A program made the translations under genes and the position numbers. A stretch of 64,000 nt of DNA from Nymphaea colorata. Lineage: Eukaryota. Where the stretch lies: the NCBI RefSeq assembly GCF_008831285.2, contig NC_045138.2, positions 2,170,001 to 2,234,000 on the forward strand, read 5' to 3'. The stretch's first letter is position 1, and every line of letters begins with the position of its first letter. This document shows positions 12,660 through 25,107 of the stretch, piece after piece. The notes under the pieces were generated by a model, which worked only from the letters and a program-made list of their open reading frames with translations, made no database searches and was not told the origin of the DNA.

Positions 12660-15600
12660 AAAAACTTCTGTTGATCGGACATTTTATCTAGTGCTATGCT
12701 GCATTTGGGTGAGTGGGAAATAACCACCATCCAGCATAAAGGCAAAGGTCCCATTGAACTTTTTGTTTCCTTATGTAATATTGTCTACATTCGATACCTC
12801 AGAGTGCAAACGCCCCAGTTGTGCTTCAACTTACACATCTGTGACTTCCTTTTTGTAGCAAAAGAGATTGACGCTCTTGACGCTCAAAATGAAGACTGTT
12901 TGAATGCCAGCCCTCCTTTCACCCCAAGCAGTGGCGTTAATCCCCTCGGGAACACATCCAGTTGCCTTCATTTTCCTACTTTTTCAACGAGTGAAAAAAA
13001 TTCCTTTAATGTTTGCATTGCATGATACACTATGAAATGGCTTTGCTTGTCTTTTTGCATGAAATCCTTTCGCTTACTAAATACCACAAGATTTTACAAT
13101 GCACGCAACCATCATTTCCTTTGTTCTACATGATCTACAATGTCAAATATTTACCTTCTGTGAATCAATCAAGAAATTAAGTCGACGCCCCAAGAACAAG
13201 AAAGAAATGGGTCGAATTGAATAAGGAGTAAGCAGCGTAAATTCTTTCCTGGTTTGGAGGTAGAGCTGGAGTGCTATTTGAATCACCCTCTTAGCACTGA
13301 AGAAAACCCTTTTACTCTCATTTCCCCAATATCACCCCCTCTTCCCCTCACATTGGTGGCTTCTTGAGCGCCATTTCGTAGCGACCTTCGCCCTCTCCCT
13401 CCCATCCAGTAGCAGAGCCACATTATGGCTGTTGCAGGTGCTTGCCCACACCAGCCCACAAAATTTTCTTTATTTAATGTCTTAGGGAAGCAAGAGTAAA
13501 AGGCCTTTCTTCAGTACTGAGGAGGTGATTCAAATAGCACCGCCGCTCCACCTCCCAAACCAGAAAAATATTTTCCGTGCTTACTAATTCACCTGGGATG
13601 TTTCTTTCTTATCATTTGTCAAGGTTCTTGGGGTCTCGTTGTTGTTGGTTTCTTCATTGATTCTTAAAAGACACTGGACATTGATGATGACGAGCAAAGG
13701 AAATGGCAGTTGTATGCGATGTAAAATTCTACTGCATATAGAAAGATAAAGGTTTTCACGAAAAAGATGGACCAAGTCGTTTTCATAGTATATCATGCAA
13801 TGCAAACATGAGATCTTCTAGGTTTGAGAAACATAGATTTAAGATGAGACCCTTCTTCCTCTGATCTTAAATCCGACCTTTTATCAATCTAAAAAAAAAA
13901 AGTAAAATAATGATCTTAAGTGTAAATCTTAGGTCTGACCTAAGATCCTTAGTTTGATGAACCATGGACTTTACCATAGATCTTTTCCCACATCAGCAAA
14001 AGATCTATGGTAAACAAGAGTAAAAGGGATTTCAGCCCACAAAATTTACTTTATTTGCATGTCGATATTTCATTAATGTCATAGGGAAACATTAGTAAAA
14101 CGGTTTTCTTCAGTACTGAGAAGGTGATTCAAATAGTACCACCGCTTCACCTCCCAAACCGGGAAAGTATTTTCCCTGCCTACTCATTCACCTGGGCTGT
14201 TTCTTTCTTATCATTCATAAAGATTCTTGTCTCGAGTCAACGCCAAGTGTACTTTGGAATAAGTCGCGGGTCCCTGTCGATGCCATGTCATCGGTGGGTA
14301 CCGGTCTCTTTGAGGCTCCTGGTCAGCAACAGCTGGCAGGGGGTCCAGCGTATGTGGAGGTGAGGTGTATCCACGTGGAACCCATTCAGGACCCCTTGGT
14401 CACGTGACTGCCTTCGCTTCTGGTGGCGGGAAGCGGGGGGCAGCCACCGTTCCGTTTGGCTGAGGGCTCCCTATCCCCCATTTTCCATTTTTATTTTTTA
14501 CCTTTTTAATAATTTATTTTTTTTGCTCTATAAATACTAGTTAGTTAATAATTTTTCATGTTTGAGAGGGAAGTACCACTTTTTTTTTCTATGGTGGCGA
14601 AGCAAACTTTTTTCAGAAAAGGCTGAGAGGAAAAACCAAGGGTGATGGAATCGGGGACCCATCGCACTCGGTTTCTTTCTCGCGACCTTTATGGAAAAAA
14701 ATTTTCGTTGCCACTAGAGAAAAGAAGAGTGGTACTTCCCTTTCAAACATGAAAAATTATTAACTAACCCATATTTATAGAGCCAAAAAAATAAATTATT
14801 AAAAAAGAAAAATAAAAAAGGAAAATGGGGGATAGGGAGCCCTCAGCAAAATGGAATGGTGGCTGCCCCCCGTTTCCCGCCACCAGAAGCGAAGGCGGTC
14901 ACGTGACCAAGGGGTCGCGAATGGGTTCGATGTGGATACACCTCACCTCTGCATACGCTGGGCCCCCTGCCAGCTGTTGCTGACCAGGAGGCTCAAAGAG
15001 AACGGGTACCCATCGATGACATGGCATCGACGAAGACCCGCAACTTTTTCCAGAGTACACGTGGCGTCGAGTTGGCCTCCACCTGTAAACTCAAATAGAA
15101 ATTTTCTTTCGCAAGGTACTAAATACTTACTTGAAGCAGTGACTCGAGTCTCGTGGGCTGACCCATATAACTGGACTGAAGTCCATCATAATCCAAGCAC
15201 TTAAAATAAAGTTTTAGAATGCGGTCCATGGAGCATGTATCTCTGCCCCTAAATGTATGATGAGATTCTTCCAACAGCGTGAAGATCACAGTTTCCAGCT
15301 TGTCAAGGAGCTCTGTAACCAGTCTGCTGAGCAAATCAAGCAGTGAAATAGGCCCAAATTTATAAACATCTATCGCATGATCCTGCTTTGTGAAGGCGTT
15401 GGTGTAAATAGCAGGTGTTCACATCCCCCAATTTCAACCAGCAGAAATCAGTGGTGGGGCAAGTTTTTTCATCCGTGGGCACTTGCATTGGTGACACAAT
15501 TTTGGCATGGGCATTGCATAAAATTTTACAGTATAACAATGTGAAGTTAATACAATATAATGAATTTTTTGATGGACTGGCATGGGCAGTGGCCCCCAGC

Positions 15601-16345
15601 CAACAAGTAACTCTGCTTCTGGCAGAAATGAGACTCTTGCTTTCAACATCTCTCAGATGTGAGAGAGAGAGAGAGAGATATATTCATCTTTCTAGCAGTG
15701 AAAAATTAGAAAATGTGGAGAAATGTGATTATCTACCCAAAAAATAGGTCCGGAGAATACTATTATAAGTTGAGCTTCTACCTAGGGTTCTTCTTCTTTA
15801 GAAACGCACATACCTGCCCAAAAATAGCAGTTGTATGCATTGTAAAATTCGGCAGTGTATGAACAGGGAAAGTTTTTCAAGAAAAAGACAAACCAAATTG
15901 GTTTCCATAGTGTATAATTCAAACAGACACTAGAGACATTTTCCTTGACTCATTGTAAAAGTAGGAAATTGAAGACAACTGAATGACAATGTAGTACCAG
16001 ATACCCTCTCCGATTTTTTTTTTTTTTTTGAAAAAATTGACATGTAAATTTAAAAAAAAAAATTATTTGTCCTACATAGAAATTATGAAAAATTATATTC
16101 GGTCCTTGTCAAAAATTTGAAACTATAATTCAGCCTCTCTCATAAAAAAAACTTGGCTTCATCCCTGGCAGTGGTTGAACTATAGTTTCAAAATTTTAAA
16201 AGGGCTGAATTATATATATTTTTTAATTTGTTTATATTTGTACATGTTTTATTTTTTAAAAATATGAAAAGAAGCGATGGACATTGCCAGCCCCCCTTTG
16301 GCTCTGCCCCTAATGGCAAAGGAAATGTCCGAACAAGAGACCGCT
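12660..16345 (+). ncRNA. Putative long hairpin RNA unit A
   Basis: 13010-13318 pairs with 13494-13808. Outer 12955-13130 also pairs with 15820-15990, and 12665-12690 with 16318-16342. The right arm is duplicated at 14015-14232. No credible ORF. Transcription is inferred. Confidence 0.5.
14236..15071. mobile_element. Foldback element (MITE-like), almost entirely palindromic
   Basis: 14236-14645 is the reverse complement of ~14660-15071, e.g. CGCCAAGTGTACT / AGTACACGTGGCG and GAGGGCTCCCTATCCCCCATTTTCC / GGAAAATGGGGGATAGGGAGCCCTC. No clean TSD seen. Confidence 0.7.
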
Positions 16346-17216
16346 TTCCAAAGACTTGCATGTGGAGACGTCTCTTTCCAGTTAAGGCAACTTTTAATAT
16401 CAATAGTTAACTAGAATCAGGTTGCCTGTGTCTCTTCATTAGCAATATGCATGGCTATCGATGTCATTCATTTTTTTCCATTGCATTAATTAGGTTCACA
16501 ACAATATGGTTCATGCATTGGCTGTATAAAATATTGTGCAACTCGAAAAGAACTTGTTTCAAAAATGTTTCTTATTTGTGGTAAAAAAATAAAATAAAAA
16601 CAATCTCTTTCTTTTCATGTTGTCATTACATTGAAAACTAAACCTATATATGCAGGCATCCAGATTTTTAATGTTGTTGGCTTTTATGTAACTTGATTTT
16701 TGTTATTTGGAAAACAATTAATAAATAATTTGCTTTGACTTGGCTACCTTAACACGACTTGCAAGTGAAAAGTTTGAGGTGGTAATTGTATGAATGAATC
16801 GGTCGATTTAGTGATTAATCAAGTGACTTTATTATGACAAAAAAATTAAAATCAATAATAAATATAAATACAATATTGTATATCATTGGCACTCTTTAAT
16901 TAATGAAATTAATTTGCCAGCGATTCAATTCCTTTACGTCAAGTCAGGTTCATTTTGACAACATTGGCAACTGATAAAAAAAAATCATGTGGCAAAATTT
17001 TGATCAAAGAGCTTCATTATAATTGTTCTAAAGATGATATCTAAGAAAGAAAGTTTGCACACTAATTAGGAAAATCAAAAGTCCTACCTTGTATTTACCT
17101 ATTGTTTCAGATTACATTTGTTCAGCCTTCTAAACTTTGGCTATTGGAGAGCAGAATATGATGAATGGGTTCTCTGCTACACCCATATGAAAATCAAGTT
17201 TTTTTGTGGTTCATAT

Positions 17217-17974
17217 TAGGCCTTGGCATCGGGCCAGCTCGATGTCTAAAACTGGAGCCCAGGTCTGACTTGGTTAAAATCACTTTTAAATATAAAATGA
17301 TTGTTTAATAATAAAATATATATCTTTATTAAATAATGTTGATGGGCCGCTAGAACAAATCTAGGAGACTTAGCGGCTGGTAGTTTATTTCACAATGATA
17401 TTGGAGAATGGTTATTTGGCTTCATTTGTCGTGCGGGCTATGGTCATATAACTAAGATTGAACTTATTGCTATTCTTCATAGTTTAAAATCAGCTTGGGA
17501 ATGTGACTTTCGTAAAGTTATTGTTGAATCAGATTCCTTATTAGCTGTGAATAAGGTTATGAAGAAGTGCAGCCTTGTGACCCTTTACTCCAGATTGTGA
17601 AACACTGTCAATAATTGCTGAGATGAGATTGGGAGTATGTCTTATGTCATACGTACACAAAACCTATGTGTGCTGATTTTTTTGCCTTATGGGCATTTCA
17701 AGGATCCTTTGGAGTGACCTTTCTTACCAATCCACCTGGTCATTTGCATCAGTTGATTGATGAAAATCTGATTGGTGTTGTTTGACCTCGTGCTAGAGTT
17801 AGTTAATATGGTTCTAAACCACTCCATTGTATATATATATATAAAATAAATCGGGTCAAATCGGACCATGTCTGGCTGACCTGGGCGGGCCCTATAGATT
17901 ATCGGGCTGGTTTTTTGGGCCAGGGCAGATCCGGTCGGGTACCCATCAGGTACCCGGCCCGATGCCCAGGGCTA
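17217..17974. mobile_element. hAT-type MITE containing a LINE RNase H-like fragment
   Basis: TIRs TAGGCCTTGGCATCGGG / CCCGATGCCCAGGGCTA and 8-bp TSD GTTCATAT (17209-17216, 17975-17982). Internal 17335-17790 (+) reads NVDG..GEWLFGF..KIELIAILHSLKSAWECDFRKVIVESDSLLAV. Confidence 0.85.
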
Positions 17975-18978
17975 GTTCATATTCAACTCACCAACATGCA
18001 TGTTTTTTCTTTTTATTCAATTAGCCTTGATAAACTATTGTGTATCGGTCTTCCAAGCATATGATTAGATTTCCTAATTATAGTTCTGCTTTTTTTTTCT
18101 TTTTAGTATTTCATTATTGTTCAAGGTTGTGATGTGAACTTTCCCATGGTGTTGTGGTCATAAGCGTTAATGATTGGGCCTCACCCACAATTTAAAAAAA
18201 AAAAATAGCAAGCAAGGTAAGCAGGTGTCCATGTTATAAAGTGAAAACTTGTATCCTTGAAACCAAAGTCTCGATCATGTTCAACTTAACGATCTTAGTT
18301 CCAAGCCTCTGCCCAAGTGGATGGAGCTCCTGTGCCCAATGACTGTGTGTTAGTTGGCCCTTGCAAAGAATGTTGTTTCATGTATTTTCTGCATGATATA
18401 ACCTTCTAATGTGTTTGTTGCCATGTAAGTTGTCATGTTCCATATGAATTTCTCTAGAAAAAAAAATATTCGCTTCAAATATTTTTGTTGTTCGAACTTA
18501 GTAAGGGCACTGGTCCAAACTATATATCAAAGACTGGGTTTAAGTGTGCACTAGGATTTCCTAGTATATTTAGATTTATTTTAAGTGCACTTTCATTTCG
18601 TTCTTATCTAGTGTTTTGAGAGCATCAAGAAATCCTTTGTTCCATCTTAAAAGAGAGTTTTGATTACTGCAAGTCACCAGCTAAAAGTTAAGTAAGCAAG
18701 AGGAGTATTTCATCGTACCACCCAACAAGATGACATAAGTTCCTGAAATGGCTCTAGCTCTGCCTCTCCCTGTTGGACCACTGAGAAAGAATTGTTGGGT
18801 TGGGTCGATTACCGCTGACAACCAATGAGGGACGGTCACAATAAAGTTTTCAAGTCGTTTTACTCCCTTGCTTCTTTACAAGGCAGTGGCGTAGCCACAT
18901 TGTGACTGGTGTGGGTGACTGGTGTGGGTAGTTGTCCACATCAGTCTCTTAAAAGTTCTTTATTTTTAAATGAGAATC

Positions 18979-20395
18979 CTAAACCACATGGGTACAGATA
19001 CAGTTTGGGTACAGGTACGATGATACGGTTATGAACACGACAATTTAAAAAATGTGGGTATGGGAATACGGTAGGTTATATTTATATATATATGCAAAAT
19101 AATATTAAAAAAACAAAATGAAAGCAATATTTTAATAAACAGGTGATATGAATCAAAACATTATATGTTAATGAACAATAACTCTAAGGATAGAATGAAA
19201 AGTAAGGTGAAAAAAATTAAATCAAAATAAAATTAAGTTGTTTGGATCTAAAAGGTACCCAAGCGTGTTTAAGTTCTCACTTTGGGTACATGACAAGGCA
19301 ACATGGGTACGTTGACCTTATTGAAATACTCATGTGACTTTGGCTAAATGTAGGAGATAGGACGAGTCAAATAGACGTAACCAAAAGCAAAACTTAAATA
19401 CTACATGTGGTAGGCTTCAATTTTATTTTCTTAATGTGAGCACTTTCTTGTTAGCAGTCGCCTTGAAAACAATTATAAAGTTGTTTTATCAAAATTTTGC
19501 AAAATGTTTAATTCCAGTTGCCAATGTTGTTTAAATGAGCCTGAATATTATTGGTCGTAATGCGATCGTATTGCTGCCAAATTTGATTAATTTATCGATG
19601 CAAAGAGTGCCAATGTGATATACACAAATTATTTTATATATTTACTATTGTTTTTAATTTTTAATATGTTTTATTTATTAAAATATAATGGTATTATTTT
19701 TGCTGTAATCGAGTTAATTGAATGATCACTAAATCTATTCAAATAGGCGAACCTTCTCTCACAATATGTTCTCTTGTAGCCAAGTCAAAACCTACTAGTT
19801 GATGATTGTGTTTGACAAGCGAATTATTTATTATTCGTTTTCATGGAAATGTTTCCCTGAGTTTGATTTTACAATGCATGGAATTGCCATTTCCTTTGTT
19901 AATTTGCAGTGTTTCTGATTGCATTATACACTATGAATGCCACTGGTTTCTCTTTTTCATGAAAATGTTTCCCTAATTTTCATCTTCCGAGAATTTCACG
20001 ATGCATACGATTGCCATTTCCTTTGCTTCTGGAGTATGTATTTGCATGATACACTAGAAAACCACTTGGTTTGTCTTTCTCATGAAAATGTTTCCCTAAT
20101 GTTCTTATATTGGGAGTTTTACAATTCATATAATTGTCATTTCTTTGCTCCTCATGGTGCTAATCAATGTCCAATATGTGCATGTTGGGAATCAACCAAT
20201 GAATTACAAACTGTGGGTTATCATTGTGCAAATTTGTAAGAGCAGTGAAAGAGAATTAGGAAACATTTTGACGACCTCCACAGAAAATAGGGGCAGGCCA
20301 CGATAGTGGATGGTGCGTCTATGCTTCCCCTCTCTAAAGACCAGTTAGGAAATTAAGATAAAGAGTTATGTACAAGTTGTGCATGATGCATTGCT
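18979..20395 (-). repeat. Inverted partial copy (3' half) of the hairpin unit, including a shared MITE at 18979-19343
   Basis: Reverse complement of ~52430-54340 and ~55890-57724. The ORF-track pseudo-ORF 19937-20239 matches 52588-52827 and 55952-56134. Confidence 0.85.
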
Positions 20396-20570
20396 GGGAT
20401 GGGACCAGAAAATTTTTCATGAGGGAACTAAATTAAAGTTTTTAAATTTTGACTAGGTTCAAAATATCATTTTTCAAAATTTTTATATTGAACAAGTGAA
20501 ATTTTTAAAATTTACATGTAATTTAAAATTTTTTTTTTTGAGGTGGGGCCAGGGCCCATGCAGGCTAGCA
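20396..20570. mobile_element. ~200-bp hAT-type MITE (CAGGGGCGGAGCC-type family)
   Basis: Same family as 48616-48811. Other copies lie at ~44970-45085, 48256-48445 and 52290-52430. Confidence 0.7.
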
Positions 20571-20699
20571 GTGAGGCCATCATCATCTCTTCTAAAATTA
20601 TCAAAAAACATACAAGCGCATAAAACTGAAAGGCTAATCACTCCCTTCACTGCTAGCAGTGAGGCCATCATCATCTACTGGGGATTCTTGAGGCCGTCA

Positions 20700-20975
20700 T
20701 ATCTTTCTTTTTCTTCATCTTTCTTTTTCTTCATCTTTTCCTCTTTTCCCTCTTCATAAATTCGATCACTTTCTCTAGACAGGGAGTCCTGTTGTCTTTC
20801 TCATGGCTGGTCCTTGGCATCAATCTCTCCGCAACATCTGCTCGGGTTACCTCTACCCTCCCATTCTCAAACAACTTCTTTACTTCATCAAACAAAATGT
20901 GGTCCTCCAAATTCAAGAAGTTCTTGGCAAGAACAGTGAACCCCTCATAGGTGCAGTAAGACATCTCAATATGCC
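20700..20975 (-). pseudogene. C-terminal fragment of a plant BCS1/ASD-like AAA-ATPase gene
   Basis: HIEMSYCTYEGFTVLAKNFLNLEDHILFDEVKKLFENGRVEVTRADVAERLMP matches the family's post-AAA tail. No upstream AAA core is present. Confidence 0.85.
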
Positions 20976-20999
20976 TTAGCCATGATTATGGGACTTCAG

Positions 21000-22250
21000 A
21001 AAGGGGTCTTCTTGAAGATTGATCATTCCCAGCATATGATTAGAGGTCCTAATTGTAGTTCTTTTTTTCTTTAGTTTTTATTCATTATTAGCCAAGGATG
21101 TATTGTGAGTTTTTCCTTGGTGTTGCCCTCATAAGCATTGATCCTTGGGGCTTACCCACGATAAAAAGAAAAAGAAAAAAAAAAAGAAGAAAAAATGGCG
21201 AGCTAGCTAGGTAAGCAGGTGCCCATGTTATCTTGTGAAAATATGAATCCTTGATACCAAACTTTCATTTGCATTCAACTTAACGATCTTGGGTCCAAAC
21301 CTCTGCCCAAGGGGATGCAGTTCCTGTGCACAATATTTGTTAGTAGGCCCTCCCAATGAATGGTGTTTCATGTATTTTCTCGTTTTATGCATGATATAAC
21401 CTGCAAATGTGTTTGTTTTTATCTAAATTACCATGTTCCAAATGAATTCCTCTTAAAAAAAAATGGGCTTCAAATAATTTTTTTTTTGTTGTTATTAGAA
21501 CTTAGTAGGGGCATTGGTTTGATCTATAATATATCGAAGGTTGGGTTTCCATGTGCACTAGGATCGCCTTACTATTTAGGTCTATTTTAAGTGGTACTTT
21601 CGTCCAAGAAATCCTCTTACTTTATTTTCCATCTAAAAAGAGGATTTGAGTTCTGCAACAGCAATGAATAAAAGTTGGATGCAAATGAGGAGTATTTCAT
21701 GTTATTACCCAACAACAGGGCGGAAACCTCCCACCCTTCTTCCTGTCTCCCAAGGGCAACAAGCACACTTCGGTGCCTTGGGGTAACAATTCTGCTATAC
21801 TTCAAATTGCATATCAATATGCCCTTCTCCCCACCTTTGTATAAGTTGATGCTCCGCTATAAGTTACTGAGTGTTTTTTTTTTATTTGAAGAGCTTGGTT
21901 ATAAGTCAAACAGATAGTAATATTCCTCATATCTTAATAAGGTCATGTCCCAATTTTCCTTAAGAACATCTATGGCTGACTAGTTATAACAAAATTACAA
22001 ATTTGTCATACTCTCGTAATTAATTAACAATGTCAAAGATAGGTTTTTGAAAAGAATCGGCCAATTAAGTGATTCAAATCCTTTTTTCTAAAACATAAAA
22101 AAAATAACTTACAATAAAAACTATTAAATAATCCAAACATGATATGTGGGAGTCAGCCTCTCAATCAAATACATTTGCCACTAACTCGGCTCAAACTGGC
22201 CCGATTCAGGTGGTGGGCTCAAATAACATTCCTTCCCTGATGCATAATCT
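21000..22250 (-). repeat. Inverted copy of the inter-unit spacer and distal promoter module; 18040-18730 is a second copy of the spacer part
   Basis: 21195-21935 is the reverse complement of 47020-47775. 21935-22250 matches the reverse complement of 50180-50320 and 60230-60310, and matches 38570-38740 directly. Confidence 0.8.
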
Positions 22251-22489
22251 AGGACTTTATATCATCAACTTCTGTATTTTCCACCTTGTAGATCCACAAG
22301 GGCAGTTACTGATATGATTAGGTTTTTCAATCAGGAGTTAAGAATGGTCCTACAAAAATATTGAATATGATTAGAATGTGTTTTTTATGGGGGTAAGTTA
22401 CCATAAATTTTTCCACGGACAATGGAAAAAAATAGAGAAAATAATTGTATATATTGAAAAAGTAACCGTATTAAACATTACCAAAAAAA

Positions 22490-22905
22490 AAAAAAGATCA
22501 CCTGAGTGCATACTATCTATAAGATTAACACGGAAGTTATGGCTCTCGTGATATGGCCCATTCTAGCCCGAATCATGGATCGCAATCAAGAAGTGTTTCT
22601 TAAAGCCAGAGACAGTCATGACCAAATACTTCTTGCTACTAATCTGGTTGACAGTTTTAGTAAGAATAAGCAGGAAATGATTTGTCTAAAAAGATGGATC
22701 TTTTCAAAGCCTATGATAGGGTCTCAGGGTCATTTTTCAAGGAAGCTATGATCCATGTAGGGTTCCATGTAGATTGGGTGGCTAAAATTATGCTATGCAT
22801 CCAAATTGCCTCATTCTCTATTCTCAATAATGGAGAAGAGGATAGGGAGTTTAACTACTAGAATGGGCTTCATGAAGGAAACCCTCTATTTATTTATTCT
22901 TATGG
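22490..22905 (+). mobile_element. LINE reverse transcriptase fragment
   Basis: Reads KMDLFKAYDRVS..F..GF...WVAKIMLCI..ASFSILNNG...NGLHEGNPL, with stops and frameshifts. Confidence 0.8.
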
Positions 22906-22907
22906 AA

Positions 22908-23250
22908 TTAAGGCTGCACAAGAGCTAAGTCGAGCTTGACTCGACTCAGATAGCTCGAGCTCGAGCCTCGAGCTCAACTCACTTAACTCATTTAACTCGT
23001 CTCTGTCAACCTGTCTTGTTTTTTTTTAACAAGTTTAAGTTGTCAATTCATTAACTTGTTTAACTAATTCAGCTATGATAAACCAGTTTTAAGTAGTCAA
23101 GTCAAGCCAAATTTAAACGAGTCAAGTTCTTACAACTCTAACTTGATGGAGTCAAGTTCTTACAACTCTAACTTGATGCATTTAATGTTTGGAGTATAAA
23201 TTTAAGCTAATTTTGGAGTCAAGTTTTTTTTAGCGAGTTTGAGTTGTAAA
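22908..23250. mobile_element. Decayed TCGAGC-rich MITE-like element
   Basis: Starts TAAGGCTGCACAAG followed by repeated CGAGC/GACTCG subterminal motifs. The right end is unclear. Confidence 0.4.
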
Positions 23251-25070
23251 GGCTTATATGGAACTCATTACTCTTGCTTTTCCATTAGAACTTTGTCCTT
23301 AACACATCATAGGGGAATGCTCGTGTGGGCAAAACTCCCCCCTCCAGTGTCTCGTGTTTTCAAAGTCTAAGGTTGTGTCGGGTCCTAAGCATAGTAACAG
23401 TGCACATCACTCTACCATGTAAAACTCATTGAAATAATGCCTCTTGTGAGAATTGAACAGGTGACTTGTGGCATTATCTATCAGTCCGACCAGCCACATT
23501 ATGTCCCTCATGACTTTACATTCACCCGAAAAGCTTCAAAAAATGCGTTGCCATGGATGGTAGGGAGAAGGATAGAGGTTTCGGCTTTTTTATTGAACGG
23601 TAGAATGAAATGCTCCTAATCAAAATGGACCCGCTAACATAATTGGATCAGGATCATGCTATTTGCCGATCCAAACTGCACAATGCAAGACATTTTAAGT
23701 AATTAGTCACAATAATAAGCCTTGTTTGCTTAGCACATTGGAGTGCGTCCGATCATGTGAAGCTGGCAAAGGTTGGTGCCTTTTTGAGACGCAAGTGGGA
23801 ATCTAGATGGATCGGATATTTATGATTCCACCCCTGGATCTTTTTTTATTGAGCACTATGTTTTTTAAAAAAGGGAAAGAAGAAAGGGTAGCGTGATTAA
23901 CTGCCACGTTTACACTAATTAGAAATTAAATACCACCGAAAGCAAGCAGAAATTAAAAAATGAGAATAAAATATCCAAAAAAAAATCATTGGATCGTGGG
24001 TAGGTAGGGTTCATACCCGAACCCATGTTTTTCCATGATTCTCTTCTTCTTCTTCTTCTTCTTCTTTTTATATTTTTCTGACCATTTCTGGTAGATGCTC
24101 ATAATTGGTCCTGGTGACCTCCAGATTCCTACATTACTCTTGCTTTTAAAGCCCAAGATGCCGAGCTTGCGGAGGGAAGCATAATCTTGCTAATGATGTC
24201 TTAATGCTTAACGGGTAATCAAGGAACTTTGCCTCTAACATTCACTGGTTCTTGGAGGAGATGGAATGTCAGTGTGGGATGAGGATGAGCACGCTCAAGT
24301 CAACCTTGATAGCCTTCAAAATCTCGACTGAGAAGAACGGTAGGTTTGCTAGAATCTTAGAATCGGAAGATGGTACCCTATTGATGAACTATTTTGCGCC
24401 ACCCACTATTTACAAGGCCTCTACCATGGGCCATGGACGGTAGGCGAGGTCCAGAAGCTAGGCAACATTTATGGGAATCTTGCAGGGAGAGTGGGAGACG
24501 TTCATGGATATGAAATGGAGTGAATAGGAGAAGGAGTTAAGCGTAAGATATGGTTGTGCAAAAGTCTTCTTTGCATACAAGATGGTGCAGAAGAGCATGA
24601 ATTATGGATGGAATCTGTGTTGGAACTTCACCTGCTGACTCAGTTCCCAGAGAGAATTTCTCCTCTGCCATTCCCGCCCGTTGAGGAACAAGGGAGAGTA
24701 GGACCGACTCCTCTCTCTTTCATAATGTCTCTAAAATTGTCAAGCAATGTGCCGCTGATTCTCAAATGTGTCAATTCTTTCTTATCATGGACATGCGTCA
24801 GCATTTCATCATCAATGAGTAATAGATAAATTTTCTTTATCATGTCATTGAGGCCATTAAAGTTGGATTTGGCCAAGAGTTCCAACAATCTGTTCATACC
24901 CTACAGCAATTGCAGATGTTAAATAACCAGTCTGGGGAGGAAAAACATCACTAATAATCCAACTGCGTATTTCTCTCGAACTTCAAAACCTAATCTCTAC
25001 GGAGTATACCTGCGAAAGTATAAGATAACTCAGCAATCCTCAGAATAATAATTAAAAAATAAAAGGAGAC

Positions 25071-25107
<37 letters not shown>

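Noticed and set aside
24100..24900. Possible LINE ORF1 or gene remnant (LQGLYHGPWTVGEVQKLGNIYG)
   Set aside because: The similarity is too weak to call without a search.
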